64,000 nucleotides of DNA from a bacterium (GTDB lineage: Bacteria > Pseudomonadota > Alphaproteobacteria > Rhizobiales > JAKIUO01), in the NCBI GenBank assembly GCA_024228495.1, contig JAAETJ010000391.1:2491-66490 (forward strand), written 5' to 3'. This document shows, piece after piece, positions 48,920-58,956 of the stretch. Position 1 is the first letter of the stretch. Every line of letters begins with the position of its first letter. The notes beneath the pieces are model-generated. The model had not been told where the DNA came from, searched no databases, and saw only the letters and a list, made by a program, of their open reading frames with translations. The position numbers and the translations under genes are program-made.

Positions 48920-49855
48920 GTGGACGCTCCGGCCAATGATTATGAACTGTTTGAACATGAAGCGCATGGCCTGGCCAGCGCCCTGCCGGCTCTGCTTGTG
49001 GAAGCTGCTCGCATAGCCAGCGCCCTGTCCCACGGTATTCATGGTCGCAAGCGTCATGGCCCCGGCGAAACTTTCTGGCAGTTTCGCACCTATGAAAACT
49101 CCGACGCCGCCCACAATATTGACTGGCGGCGCTCGGCAACAACTGATCGGCTATATATCCGCGAGCGTGAATGGGAAGCCTCTCACACCTTGTGGCTGTG
49201 GCCTGACCTTTCCCCCTCCATGAGCTTTATCTCCCATCAGGGCAAAACCCGCAAAGCGGAACGCGCTTTGGTGCTGACCCTGGCGATCGGGGAATTGCTG
49301 GTGCAGGCTGGCGAACGCATTGGTCTTGCCGATCTCATGCCCCCTAGCAACCAAAATACCGCACCGCAAATTCTGGCCCGCAACATTGCTACTCATCAAG
49401 ACCATGCCAGTTTTCGCAATTTTCCCCTAAGCCAACAAATGAAGCGCTATTCTGAATGTCTGCTGTTCAGTGATTTTCTCATGCCGGTGGAAGAAGTAAC
49501 CAACATGATCAAGAGCTTGTCCGCAAGGGGCATCAAGGGGCATCTAGTACAGATCCTCGATCCGGCAGAAGAAACTCTTCCTTACAAAGGCCGCGTCCAG
49601 TTCGAAAGCATGGACGGCAAGCTGTCGGTTCTGGCAGGCCGCGCTCAGGAAATGCGTGCCGAATATCATAAGCGTCTGCACTTGCACCGTGAAACCATCC
49701 GCCAAACCGCGCAAAATCACCAGTTCAGTTTTATGGTACACCATACGGACCGCCCGGCCAGCGAAGCTCTGCTGGCGCTCTATGCACGGCTTGGTCCGTC
49801 CCTGCTGGGTGCTGGTGGAACGACGATGCCCAAAAATACGGGATCCATCGAATGA
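48920..49855 (+). CDS. DUF58-domain protein (MoxR partner, vWA-like)
   Basis: GETFWQFRTY....A.NIDWRRSATTDRLYIREREWE signature. GTG start after AAAGGTG. Confidence 0.85.
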   Translation: MDAPANDYELFEHEAHGLASALPALLVEAARIASALSHGIHGRKRHGPGETFWQFRTYENSDAAHNIDWRRSATTDRLYIREREWEASHTLWLWPDLSPSMSFISHQGKTRKAERALVLTLAIGELLVQAGERIGLADLMPPSNQNTAPQILARNIATHQDHASFRNFPLSQQMKRYSECLLFSDFLMPVEEVTNMIKSLSARGIKGHLVQILDPAEETLPYKGRVQFESMDGKLSVLAGRAQEMRAEYHKRLHLHRETIRQTAQNHQFSFMVHHTDRPASEALLALYARLGPSLLGAGGTTMPKNTGSIE

Positions 49856-49884
49856 CAGCTCGTGGAATTACAGGCAGATTTACC

Positions 49885-49985
49885 CCCCTCACCCCAACCT
49901 TCACCCCATGGGAGAAGGAACAAGAGGCAATCAGACATGAGGTGCTTTTCTCCCTCTCCCATTGGGTGAAGGTCGGTGTGAGGGG
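49885..49985. repeat. Imperfect palindromic (REP/MITE-like) element, about 35-nt arms and about 30-nt spacer
   Basis: Left arm CCCCTCACCCCAACCTTCACCCCATGGGAGAAGGA. The reverse complement of the right arm is CCCCTCACACCGACCTTCACCCAATGGGAGAGGGA (about 31/35 identical). Confidence 0.7.
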
Positions 49986-50045
49986 TTCCTGGCTCAAATT
50001 CAGGACAACGACATCGACAACAAATACAAGCGGAGGAGCTAGCTC

Positions 50046-52937
50046 ATGATGTCTCTTGGACCGCTTGGCTTCTTGTCTCCCTGGCTACTGGCTGTCGGGA
50101 TTATTTTACCACTGATCTGGTGGCTGTTGCGCATCACACCGCCAAGCCCGCTCCATATCTTTTTCCCGCCAACGCGTTTGCTGCTGGGCATCAACAAGGA
50201 CGAGCAGGACAAAGCCCACAGCCCGTGGTGGCTGACGCTATTGCGTTTGATTGCTGCTGCCGCTCTTATTCTGGCGCTGGCTCGACCGGTGCTAAATCCA
50301 CAAACAACCACACTGGCCAAATCTGATCTACTGGTGGCCTTCATTGATAATGGCTGGGCGTCCGCCGCCAACTGGCAACAGCGCCGCACCTCGATGCGGC
50401 AATTGCTGGAGCTGGCTGAACGAAATAACAACTCCGTCCTGCTGATCCCCACCGCCAACATAGATGAACGCCGCTCCCTCAAACCATTAAGCGCCTTCAA
50501 GGCACGTGAGCAGTTTGCAGGTTTCACCCCACATCCCTTCGCCCCTGATCGCATGAAGGCGCTGACCGTTCTCCAAAAGGCGAACCATTCCGACAAGAAT
50601 GTAAAATTTTACTGGTTAAGCGACGGGCTGGATTATGGTCATGCCAATGAGTTCGCCACCAAAATTACCGTGCTTGCGGAGAATGCCAAAGACCTCACAA
50701 TTGTGAAAAACGGCCCCAAGGCCATTGCGCCTCTGGCCCTACATGCGCTCGTCAATAAAAAGGGCAATCTGCAAGCCACCATCATCAGCCCCGGCGGCAT
50801 CTCCTATGAGGGACATGTGCGCGCTCTTGATGGCAAGGGACGGTCGATTTTTCACAAACCTTTCAAGCTGGCTGCGAACGCCACCGATACAAATATAGAT
50901 TTTGTGTTACCACTTGAGCTACGCAATCAAATCGCCCGTGTCGAGATCAAAGGCATGCGCGCGGCAAGCACCCGTTTTCTCATCGATGGACGCGCCAAAT
51001 GGCAGCGTATCGGGCTGATTAGCAGCGAAGCATCCGAAGAAGCCCAGCCTCTCTTGTCGCCGCTCTATTACATAAAAAAAGCCCTACAACCCTTTAACGA
51101 GATGACCGAACCAAAAAACAAAAATACTGCGAAAGCCACAGATACTTTATTGGCGCGCCATATTTCCACCTTGATCCTCGCGGGCATTGGTCGCCTGCAA
51201 TCAAAAACCAGCGCGCAGCTTGAAGATTGGTTACAACGCGGCGGCATGTTGATACGGTTTGCTGGTCCACGGCTTGAACAGGGCGGCGGCGATCTTTTGC
51301 CTGTACCGCTTCGTCAGGGCGGACGAGCATTGGGCGGAGCACTATCGTGGAGCAAGCCACAAAAGCTGGCTGCGTTTGAGGAAAACAGTCCGTTCTTTGG
51401 ACTTGAACTGCCAAATGATGTGAGCGTCAAAAGACAGGTTTTGGCCGATCCCTCAAAACTCAATGATCGTGTAATGATCTGGGCGCGCCTTGAGGACGGC
51501 ACCCCCTTGGTAACTGCCCGCAAAACCGGTCGCGGGCTGCTGGTCCTGTTTCATATCACCGCCAATTCCACCTGGTCCGATCTGCCCCATTCGGGTCTGT
51601 TTGTAGATATGTTGCGCCGCCTTGTCGGGCTGTCCTCTGGGATCATCCCCAAGACGGAAACAAGCACCGCTTCAAGCGACAAGGCTCCAGCCACAAAATC
51701 TGCTGATAGCTTGCAAAAAGAGGCCGATCTGCCTGCCCTTCCGCCGATCCGCATTCTGAATGGCTTTGGCAATTTCACCGCCCCGACCATCCATACAGAA
51801 CCCGTGAAAATTACTGACCTCGATCACTTTACGGTAAGCAAAGTCCATCCGCCTGGCCTTTATGGCACGACCAGACGCAGTCGGGCGCTTAATATTGCTT
51901 CGCCGAAGTTGCAACTGACACCGCTGCCCGCGCCCCCCGCAAATGTTACACAAGAATATTACAAGGCCAGCGGTTCCTACCCGCTTGCGCCTTTAATGTT
52001 CACGCTGGCGCTTATATTGTTCCTGATTGACAGTTTGATCGTATCGCTGATGCAGGGCCTGCTAGCCCCTGCGGTCAAACGCTCCAGCCTCAAAAAAACC
52101 GCGCAAGCGGGCGCCCTCGCACTGTTGGCGGGCACGGCATTGCTCAGCACTGATCCAGCGCTCGCCGCACCTGCTGAAGCGCAACGATCTGTCGCCGCAG
52201 ATGCCTTCGGTCTCAACATGTCGCTTGAGACCCATCTCGCCTATGTCAGAACGGGTCGCCCCGACGTTGATCGTATCAGCCGTCTTGGCCTCACCACGCT
52301 ATCGAAACAAATCGCCAGACGCTCCGCCTTTGAACCCGTGGAGCCCGTCGGTGTCGATATATCAAAGGACGAGCTGGCCTTTTTCCCGCTGCTCTATTGG
52401 CCCATACCAACCGAACCTAGTCATCTCGACAGTGCCACTATTGCGCGCATCAATGCCTATATGAAGCAAGGCGGCGTCATCTTGTTTGACACCCAGGACC
52501 AGATGACCAGCTTTCTACCCGGACGAAATGCGGCAGGTCTCACACCGCTTGCACGCTTATTGGCCCGCATGGATATTCCCCCACTTGAGCCCGTGCCCAG
52601 CAATCACGTACTGACCCGCAGCTTTTATCTGCTCAACAGTTTTCCCGGTCGCTGGCAAGGCGGTACTCTATGGGTCGAGGCATCGGGCAAAAATAGTTCT
52701 TCCACCGTGCGCAATTCAGATGATGTCAGCTCCATTATCATTACCTCCAATAATCTCGCCGCCGCCTGGGCCACCGATGATCGCGGGCGCACCTTGTTTG
52801 CGGTTTCTCCAGATGGCGAGCACCAACGAGAAATGTCCTATCGCACCGGTATCAATATCGTCATGTATGCCCTCACCGGCAATTACAAGGCCGATCAGGT
52901 TCACCTGCCCGCCTTGTTACGCAGATTGGGGCAATAA
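50046..52937 (+). CDS. Large membrane protein: BatA-type N-terminal double-TM domain + C-terminal DUF4159-like domain
   Basis: N-terminus LGFLSPWLLAVGIILPLIWWLLRITPPSP..FPPTRLL (aerotolerance-regulator N-terminal pattern). C-terminus FFPLLYWPI, GGVILFD, LTRSFYLL, IITSNNLAAAW. Strong SD GGAGGAG. Confidence 0.85.
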   Translation: MMSLGPLGFLSPWLLAVGIILPLIWWLLRITPPSPLHIFFPPTRLLLGINKDEQDKAHSPWWLTLLRLIAAAALILALARPVLNPQTTTLAKSDLLVAFIDNGWASAANWQQRRTSMRQLLELAERNNNSVLLIPTANIDERRSLKPLSAFKAREQFAGFTPHPFAPDRMKALTVLQKANHSDKNVKFYWLSDGLDYGHANEFATKITVLAENAKDLTIVKNGPKAIAPLALHALVNKKGNLQATIISPGGISYEGHVRALDGKGRSIFHKPFKLAANATDTNIDFVLPLELRNQIARVEIKGMRAASTRFLIDGRAKWQRIGLISSEASEEAQPLLSPLYYIKKALQPFNEMTEPKNKNTAKATDTLLARHISTLILAGIGRLQSKTSAQLEDWLQRGGMLIRFAGPRLEQGGGDLLPVPLRQGGRALGGALSWSKPQKLAAFEENSPFFGLELPNDVSVKRQVLADPSKLNDRVMIWARLEDGTPLVTARKTGRGLLVLFHITANSTWSDLPHSGLFVDMLRRLVGLSSGIIPKTETSTASSDKAPATKSADSLQKEADLPALPPIRILNGFGNFTAPTIHTEPVKITDLDHFTVSKVHPPGLYGTTRRSRALNIASPKLQLTPLPAPPANVTQEYYKASGSYPLAPLMFTLALILFLIDSLIVSLMQGLLAPAVKRSSLKKTAQAGALALLAGTALLSTDPALAAPAEAQRSVAADAFGLNMSLETHLAYVRTGRPDVDRISRLGLTTLSKQIARRSAFEPVEPVGVDISKDELAFFPLLYWPIPTEPSHLDSATIARINAYMKQGGVILFDTQDQMTSFLPGRNAAGLTPLARLLARMDIPPLEPVPSNHVLTRSFYLLNSFPGRWQGGTLWVEASGKNSSSTVRNSDDVSSIIITSNNLAAAWATDDRGRTLFAVSPDGEHQREMSYRTGINIVMYALTGNYKADQVHLPALLRRLGQ

Positions 52938-52938
52938 C

Positions 52939-55029
52939 GTGAATTACACACTTGACTTTGCACCGCTTATCGCCAGCCCATTACTTTGGCTACTGGGAGG
53001 GCTATGCGTTGTGGTCGCCCTTTTGAGCATATGGCGCCGTCCCGGTGTTGGGTCCTTGCGAGCCATTGTGCTTGTCCTGCTGTTCGCGACCTTGATGAAC
53101 CCTCAGCTTAAAAGCGAGCAACGAGATCCCTTGAGCAATATCGCATTGATCGTCGTTGATCACTCCGACAGCCAAAAAATCACAGATCGATCAAAGCAAA
53201 CGCTACTGCTTGAAAAAAATCTGACAGCCAAACTCAAAAGCCTTGGCAATCTCGATGTGCGCGTCGTTGAAAGCCGCAATGAGGGAGATGGTACTCATGG
53301 CACGCAGCTCGTTGACGCCATGAATAATGGCCTTGCCGATATTCCTCGTGACCGTCTCGCTGGTATCTTCATGATCACGGACGGGCAAGTGCACGACATT
53401 CCCAAACAGCCAAAAAGCCTTGGTCTGGATGTACCGGTGCACGGGCTTATCACCGGTCTTCCAGAAGAATTTGACAGACGTATTAAACTGCTCGAGTCGC
53501 CGCGCTTTGGTATTGTTGAAACCAGCCGCCAAATCCGTTTGCAAGTTCTGCAGGCCGGCAAAACCAAACAGGCTGATTCGCTTGCGCAAATCACTATCAG
53601 ACGCGAAAACAAACCAGACGAAGTACGCAATGTACACATCGGCGCGGATGTGCTCATTGATTTCGAGTTCCCACATGCCGGTCAAAACATCGTTGAAGTC
53701 GAACTAAAGACGGTCCCGCGCGAGCTGACCCTTGCTAATAATCGCCTTGTGCTATCAGCGCAGGGCGTACGGGAAAATCTCCGGGTGCTGCTGGTATCTG
53801 GTGAACCTCATCCCGGCGAGCGCACATGGCGCAATCTGTTGCGCTCTGACGCCGCCGTTGATCTCGTGCATTTTACCATTTTGCGGCCTCCCGAAAAACA
53901 GGACGGCACGCCCATCCACGAATTATCGCTGATCTCCTTTCCGACCAGAGAGTTATTTTCCGAGCGCCTGCATGATTTTGATCTGATCATTTTTGATCGC
54001 TATCGCCGCCGCGGCGTGATGCCATTGATCTATCTCGACAATGTGGCACGCTATGTGGAAGAAGGGGGCGCGGTACTACTGGCTGCTGGTTCGCAATTTG
54101 CCAAGCGGCACTCTCTGGCTCACACGCCTCTGGCGCAAGTTATGCCAGCCGATCCCACCGGCTCCATTACCAAACAGCCGTTCAAGGCGCGGATCAGCAA
54201 GCAGGGCCGCCGCCATCCCGTCACCAGAGGTTTACCCGGCGCTGCTCAATCGGACAAACAATCCCCGGCATGGGGACGCTGGTTCCGCTTGATCGATGCC
54301 AAAGCCCAATCGGGAGATGTGCTGATGAGCGGGCCCGATAAAAAGCCATTGCTGCTGCTCGACCGGCGTGCCAAGGGCCGCGTCGCCATGCTGCTCTCCG
54401 ACCATGCCTGGTTGTGGGCCCGCGGATATGATGGTGGGGGTCCTTATAATGCCCTGTTTCGCCGCCTGTCACACTGGCTGATGAAAGAACCTGATTTGGA
54501 AGAGGAGTTTCTCACAGCCAGCGCCAAGGGACGCAATCTGACCATCGAGCGTCGCTCCATGCTCGACACGACAGAGCCTGTGCAACTGGTATCACCAACC
54601 GGTGAGATTTCCACCCATGAGCTAAAACAGACCAGCCCCGGCATCTGGCGCAAAGTGATCAAAGCGAAGACCGGCGGATTGTTTCATTTATCCTCTGGTG
54701 AATTAAATACGGCCATCCATGTCGGGCGGATCAACTCGCGCGAACTTGAAAGTGTCACTGCCAGCCTCGACCCGCTCGCTCCCTTGATGAAAACAACTGG
54801 TGGGACTGCGCTTTGGCAAGGCCGTGCACAAAGCGACAACAAATCCTTTCCACGCTTGCTCATGAATAATAAAGGGCGACAAATGCATGGCCCCGGCTGG
54901 CTGGCACTGGCGGACCGCAAAGCCTATCAGGTGCGCACCAGCTCAACCATCCCGCTATTTTCTGGATTTCTGGCGCTCGCGTTACTGCTGGTCGCGTTGT
55001 CCCTCACCTGGATGCGCGAAGGCCATTAG
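52939..55029 (+). CDS. Membrane protein with class-I glutamine-amidotransferase-like (DUF1355-type) domain
   Basis: GTG 52939 lies 1 nt after the upstream stop. N-terminal TM pair, [21 protein letters not shown]...FDLIIFD, C-terminal TM anchor. Confidence 0.72.
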   Translation: MNYTLDFAPLIASPLLWLLGGLCVVVALLSIWRRPGVGSLRAIVLVLLFATLMNPQLKSEQRDPLSNIALIVVDHSDSQKITDRSKQTLLLEKNLTAKLKSLGNLDVRVVESRNEGDGTHGTQLVDAMNNGLADIPRDRLAGIFMITDGQVHDIPKQPKSLGLDVPVHGLITGLPEEFDRRIKLLESPRFGIVETSRQIRLQVLQAGKTKQADSLAQITIRRENKPDEVRNVHIGADVLIDFEFPHAGQNIVEVELKTVPRELTLANNRLVLSAQGVRENLRVLLVSGEPHPGERTWRNLLRSDAAVDLVHFTILRPPEKQDGTPIHELSLISFPTRELFSERLHDFDLIIFDRYRRRGVMPLIYLDNVARYVEEGGAVLLAAGSQFAKRHSLAHTPLAQVMPADPTGSITKQPFKARISKQGRRHPVTRGLPGAAQSDKQSPAWGRWFRLIDAKAQSGDVLMSGPDKKPLLLLDRRAKGRVAMLLSDHAWLWARGYDGGGPYNALFRRLSHWLMKEPDLEEEFLTASAKGRNLTIERRSMLDTTEPVQLVSPTGEISTHELKQTSPGIWRKVIKAKTGGLFHLSSGELNTAIHVGRINSRELESVTASLDPLAPLMKTTGGTALWQGRAQSDNKSFPRLLMNNKGRQMHGPGWLALADRKAYQVRTSSTIPLFSGFLALALLLVALSLTWMREGH

Positions 55030-55154
55030 CATGCCAGATCGCTCAAATTCTTTCCATTCTCAAAACCCTTAACCATAGATTTTTAGGGAAAGGTCATTTA
55101 TCTAGAGGATACTGCATAAAGATCAATCGCCTTTCAAACTCAGGAAACTGCCCC

Positions 55155-56060
55155 TTGACCCATCGTCCTATTCGTAAAGCTGTCTTCCCGGTCGCTGGTC
55201 TTGGCACCCGCTTCCTGCCAGCCACCAAGGCCATGCCCAAAGAAATGCTGACCATTGTTGATCGACCGATCATCCAGCGGGTTGTCGATGAGGCGCGTGA
55301 AGCCGGCATTGAACATTTCATCTTTATCACAGGTCGCAACAAGAGCGTCATAGAAGATCATTTTGACCGGCAGGCAGAGCTTGAAGATATTTTGCGCGCT
55401 AAGGGCAAACATGAAGAGATCGAACTACTGGCAGAACTATTGCCCGGCCCTGGACAAACCAGCTTCACCCGCCAGCAAGAGCCAATGGGTCTTGGACACG
55501 CTGTCTGGTGCGCGCGCGAGCTGGTCGGTGATGAACCATTTGCGTTGCTGCTTCCCGACATGTTGACGCAGTCAAAGGGCGACAGCTGCCTCAAGCAAAT
55601 GATCGATGGTTATAATGAAAAGGGTGGCAACATTATAGGCGTTGAAGAAGTCGCCAGCGATGAGACCGATCAATATGGCGTTGTCAGCATTGGGGACGGT
55701 GACAATAATTGCTGGCCTATTACGGGTATGGTGGAAAAACCAAAAGCTGGCACCGCCCCGTCCAATCTCATTATCATGGGGCGCTATATCCTGCAGCCCG
55801 AAATTTTTTCAATCCTCAAGGATCAGCGCAAAGGCGCGGGCAATGAAATCCAGCTCACCGACGCCATGCATCGCTTAATGGAGATCCAGGATTTTTACGC
55901 GATAGAATATGAAGGGATGAGCTTTGATTGCGGCTCACGTGTGGGTTTTTTGACCGCCAATGTGGCCTTTGCTCTGGCTTATCCTGAATTGCGCAATGAT
56001 TTTGCCATTGAATTGCGCAAACTGCTCGAAGGCCTCACGGATCGCAGCAAGAAAAACTAG
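55155..56060 (+). CDS. galU: UTP--glucose-1-phosphate uridylyltransferase
   Basis: [41 protein letters not shown] start preceded by AGGAAA. Confidence 0.9.
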   Translation: MTHRPIRKAVFPVAGLGTRFLPATKAMPKEMLTIVDRPIIQRVVDEAREAGIEHFIFITGRNKSVIEDHFDRQAELEDILRAKGKHEEIELLAELLPGPGQTSFTRQQEPMGLGHAVWCARELVGDEPFALLLPDMLTQSKGDSCLKQMIDGYNEKGGNIIGVEEVASDETDQYGVVSIGDGDNNCWPITGMVEKPKAGTAPSNLIIMGRYILQPEIFSILKDQRKGAGNEIQLTDAMHRLMEIQDFYAIEYEGMSFDCGSRVGFLTANVAFALAYPELRNDFAIELRKLLEGLTDRSKKN

Positions 56061-57646
56061 CGGCGCCATTTCAAACCGAAAAGCACTTCATCTTCGCTAT
56101 ACTTGCTACCGCCCTTGACAATGGTGTGCTCGATGCCCGCATCGAGGGCCCATGAGCGGTTGAACATATATTCGGCGACCAATCCAACGGTAAATTCGGT
56201 ATCTTTTTGAGCAATACCGGCGAAGTCTCTTTCTTCAAATTCGGCGCTTAATGTCGAGCTGAAGCGATGCGTCCATTCTTTCACAAGCGATGCCGATACC
56301 GACCTGTTCAAGGAACCAGGTGTCCCGCTCTGAGTGGTTTCTTCGAGTTCACTTTGGCCAGTGAGCGTGACTGTTGTGTATCGAAAAGGACTCCAGATCA
56401 GGCTGGCATCAAACACCACCCCCTCAAGGTCTACAAGCGTTGGTTCATCGGGTTTGGCCCGCGCATATCCAACATTTCCCAAAAAGCTCAAATTGGAGGT
56501 CAATTCAATACGCGTTCCCACCGCCATTAGCCAACTATCGCTGCCCTGCAAAAGACCACCCGCGTCCAATCTATTGGTGAATTTGCGTCTGCCGAGCTGC
56601 GTATCTGCATAAAGGGAAAATCTAGGCGAGAACTCGTAATTTGTACGCAGATTCAAGGTCTTTTCATCAAAGTCCCGGAAATGATTGTTCTGCACGCCAC
56701 CATTACGCAGCGCCACATCATCATATATGTAGCGGATGACCTGACCGCGCATGCGAAAACCAAGGCGGTTAAAACGATGATTGAGCTGACCAAAAAACTC
56801 GGTTTCATACGCAGTTGCGGGCCCGACAGCGGCATCTGACAGCTCAACCGACCCGCGCCCTTCCGCCGTTTGTTCGTGGCGAATGGCCGCCTCGACACTG
56901 GTACGTGAGGTTATGTCCAAGCGGCCCCGCACCCTTGTTTCATATTCGATAGTATTCTCGCTGGTAAATGTACGCCAGCGCTTGTCCTTGCCCGTGACAA
57001 AGAATTCCAGCTCATGCACATTCCAGTCAGAACGCAAGCGAAAGGTCGACGATGTCTCGACGCCAGAATCGGCTTTGCGATTGTCACTGGTTGCGAACAT
57101 ATTGTTGGTACCAATCATGTGGGCATATAGTTCGGGATAAAACACGAAGCCGCCGGTACGAATACCCAAAGGATCAAAAGCCGTGTCATCTCGCGCGCGC
57201 CAGTTGTCATCGACCTGCCGATTCTTCTGTTGGCGAACAAGACCTTGCGTAAAGCTGGTATCGCGAAAATTATGTGGTAGCTGGTTCAAGGGATCTGGCA
57301 GGACGCTATTGAACCGTTCAATATCGCGTTGATCAATACTCCTGCTGGCGTCATTGGCATAGGACTCATTGAGCGGGTCTTGTGGTTCATTAACACGTAC
57401 TGGGGCCTGAACTGCCGACTCGCCTCCCGGCTCTTCAACCTGTTGGCGATCAGAGCGTTCGAAATCTGGAATAAGAGTGCCATCACTCGCGAGCAACTGA
57501 TCGCTGCGCGGAGTTTGCTGTGCAAAAACGCCAGGCACAGCAAAAAACGCCGCGAGAGCGATTGCCGATCCCAAGCGTACCAATTTTGCCAAACTGTGAT
57601 AAAAACTACCCAACACAATCTCCAACCAAAGCAACCAACAGCACAA
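56057..57646 (-). CDS. Outer-membrane beta-barrel protein (polysaccharide-locus-associated type)
   Basis: Signal peptide ..[15 protein letters not shown], then alternating beta-strand pattern to the C-terminus (..VLFGLKWRR). The true start is likely internal (TTG giving MAKLVRLGS...). Confidence 0.6.
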   Translation of the reverse strand: MCCWLLWLEIVLGSFYHSLAKLVRLGSAIALAAFFAVPGVFAQQTPRSDQLLASDGTLIPDFERSDRQQVEEPGGESAVQAPVRVNEPQDPLNESYANDASRSIDQRDIERFNSVLPDPLNQLPHNFRDTSFTQGLVRQQKNRQVDDNWRARDDTAFDPLGIRTGGFVFYPELYAHMIGTNNMFATSDNRKADSGVETSSTFRLRSDWNVHELEFFVTGKDKRWRTFTSENTIEYETRVRGRLDITSRTSVEAAIRHEQTAEGRGSVELSDAAVGPATAYETEFFGQLNHRFNRLGFRMRGQVIRYIYDDVALRNGGVQNNHFRDFDEKTLNLRTNYEFSPRFSLYADTQLGRRKFTNRLDAGGLLQGSDSWLMAVGTRIELTSNLSFLGNVGYARAKPDEPTLVDLEGVVFDASLIWSPFRYTTVTLTGQSELEETTQSGTPGSLNRSVSASLVKEWTHRFSSTLSAEFEERDFAGIAQKDTEFTVGLVAEYMFNRSWALDAGIEHTIVKGGSKYSEDEVLFGLKWRR

Positions 57647-57830
57647 ACCACTGCAATCTAACTGACCCCAAGGTAAGTTGAACTGGTTAAAGAACTGTTA
57701 TCGGACGTTCTAATTTGATACGCCCTTGCTTTTGACACCTTTTTTTGCATGTATCACTCCCAATAATCAGCTAAACAAAATTGCTTGCAGTCCTAACCAT
57801 TCGCCCAACGCTCCATAAAAAGGCCGCCCT

Positions 57831-58811
57831 ATGTCCGATGAAAAACTCATCTCATCCGCAACCAATACCCTGGAACTCGAAGCGACGGGCATCACCCAAC
57901 TTGCCAAAGCATTGAATGACGATCTTGGTCCCGAGTTTGTCAAGGCCGTGGAGACCATCTCCAATGCCCAGAAAAACAATGGCCGGGTGATTATTTCGGG
58001 CATGGGAAAAAGCGGTCATATCGGTCAAAAAGTCGCCGCTACCCTGGCCTCCACTGGCACGCCCGCCTTTTTTGTCCATCCATCAGAAGCTGGACACGGC
58101 GATCTTGGTATGATCACCTCCAATGATGCGGTGGTGGGATTTTCATGGTCGGGAGAAACCGTCGAACTTTCCGCGCTGATCAACTATACAGGACGCTTTA
58201 ACGTCACGCTGATAGCGGTCACCTCAAAGCTTGATAGCGCCCTCTCGCAGGCCGCCGATGTCAAACTGATCCTGCCACGCTCGACCGAAGCCTGCCCCCA
58301 CGGTCTTGCACCCACCACCTCCACCACCATGCAGCTAGCGCTTGGCGATGCGCTGGCCATTGCGTTGCTCGAATATAAAGGCTTTACCGCCAGCGACTTT
58401 AAAATCTTCCATCCCGGCGGTGCGCTTGGAGCCTCATTAAGTTATGTGCGCGATCTCATGCATAAAGGCGATGCCCTGCCGCTTGTTTTGAGCGATCTCA
58501 AAATGAGCGAAGCACTGGTTGTAATGACCGAAAAAAGTTTTGGCTGCCTTGGCATCAAAAATGATCAAGGCGCATTGGACGGCATCATAACCGATGGCGA
58601 TTTGCGCCGCCACATGAACGCCGGGCTCATCGATATGACCGCGGGCGAGGTGATGACCAAACACCCCAAAACCGTGCCCTCAGACATGCTGGCCAGCAAG
58701 GCATTGGAAGTCATTAATTCCTCCAATATCACCACCGTTTTTGTGGTCGATGATCACAAACCCGTCGGCATTTTACATCTGCACGATCTCTTGCGCGCCA
58801 AGATCGCCTAG
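57831..58811 (+). CDS. kpsF: Arabinose-5-phosphate isomerase (KpsF/GutQ family; SIS + tandem CBS)
   Basis: GRVIISGMGKSGHIGQKVAATLASTGTPAFFVHPSEAGHGDLG plus two CBS repeats at the C-terminus. Confidence 0.9.
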   Translation: MSDEKLISSATNTLELEATGITQLAKALNDDLGPEFVKAVETISNAQKNNGRVIISGMGKSGHIGQKVAATLASTGTPAFFVHPSEAGHGDLGMITSNDAVVGFSWSGETVELSALINYTGRFNVTLIAVTSKLDSALSQAADVKLILPRSTEACPHGLAPTTSTTMQLALGDALAIALLEYKGFTASDFKIFHPGGALGASLSYVRDLMHKGDALPLVLSDLKMSEALVVMTEKSFGCLGIKNDQGALDGIITDGDLRRHMNAGLIDMTAGEVMTKHPKTVPSDMLASKALEVINSSNITTVFVVDDHKPVGILHLHDLLRAKIA

Positions 58812-58956
58812 AGAAAAGGTTGAAAAATTTGCAACCCATAATTGCATATTCCCTTTTTTATTTGCGCTTACCTAACAGATTGAAATATATTAGCTTTAGA
58901 ACAACGCTTAGGGCGTGTCCTTGCGATGTGTTGGCCGGCGATCAAAGAGAGTTAGT

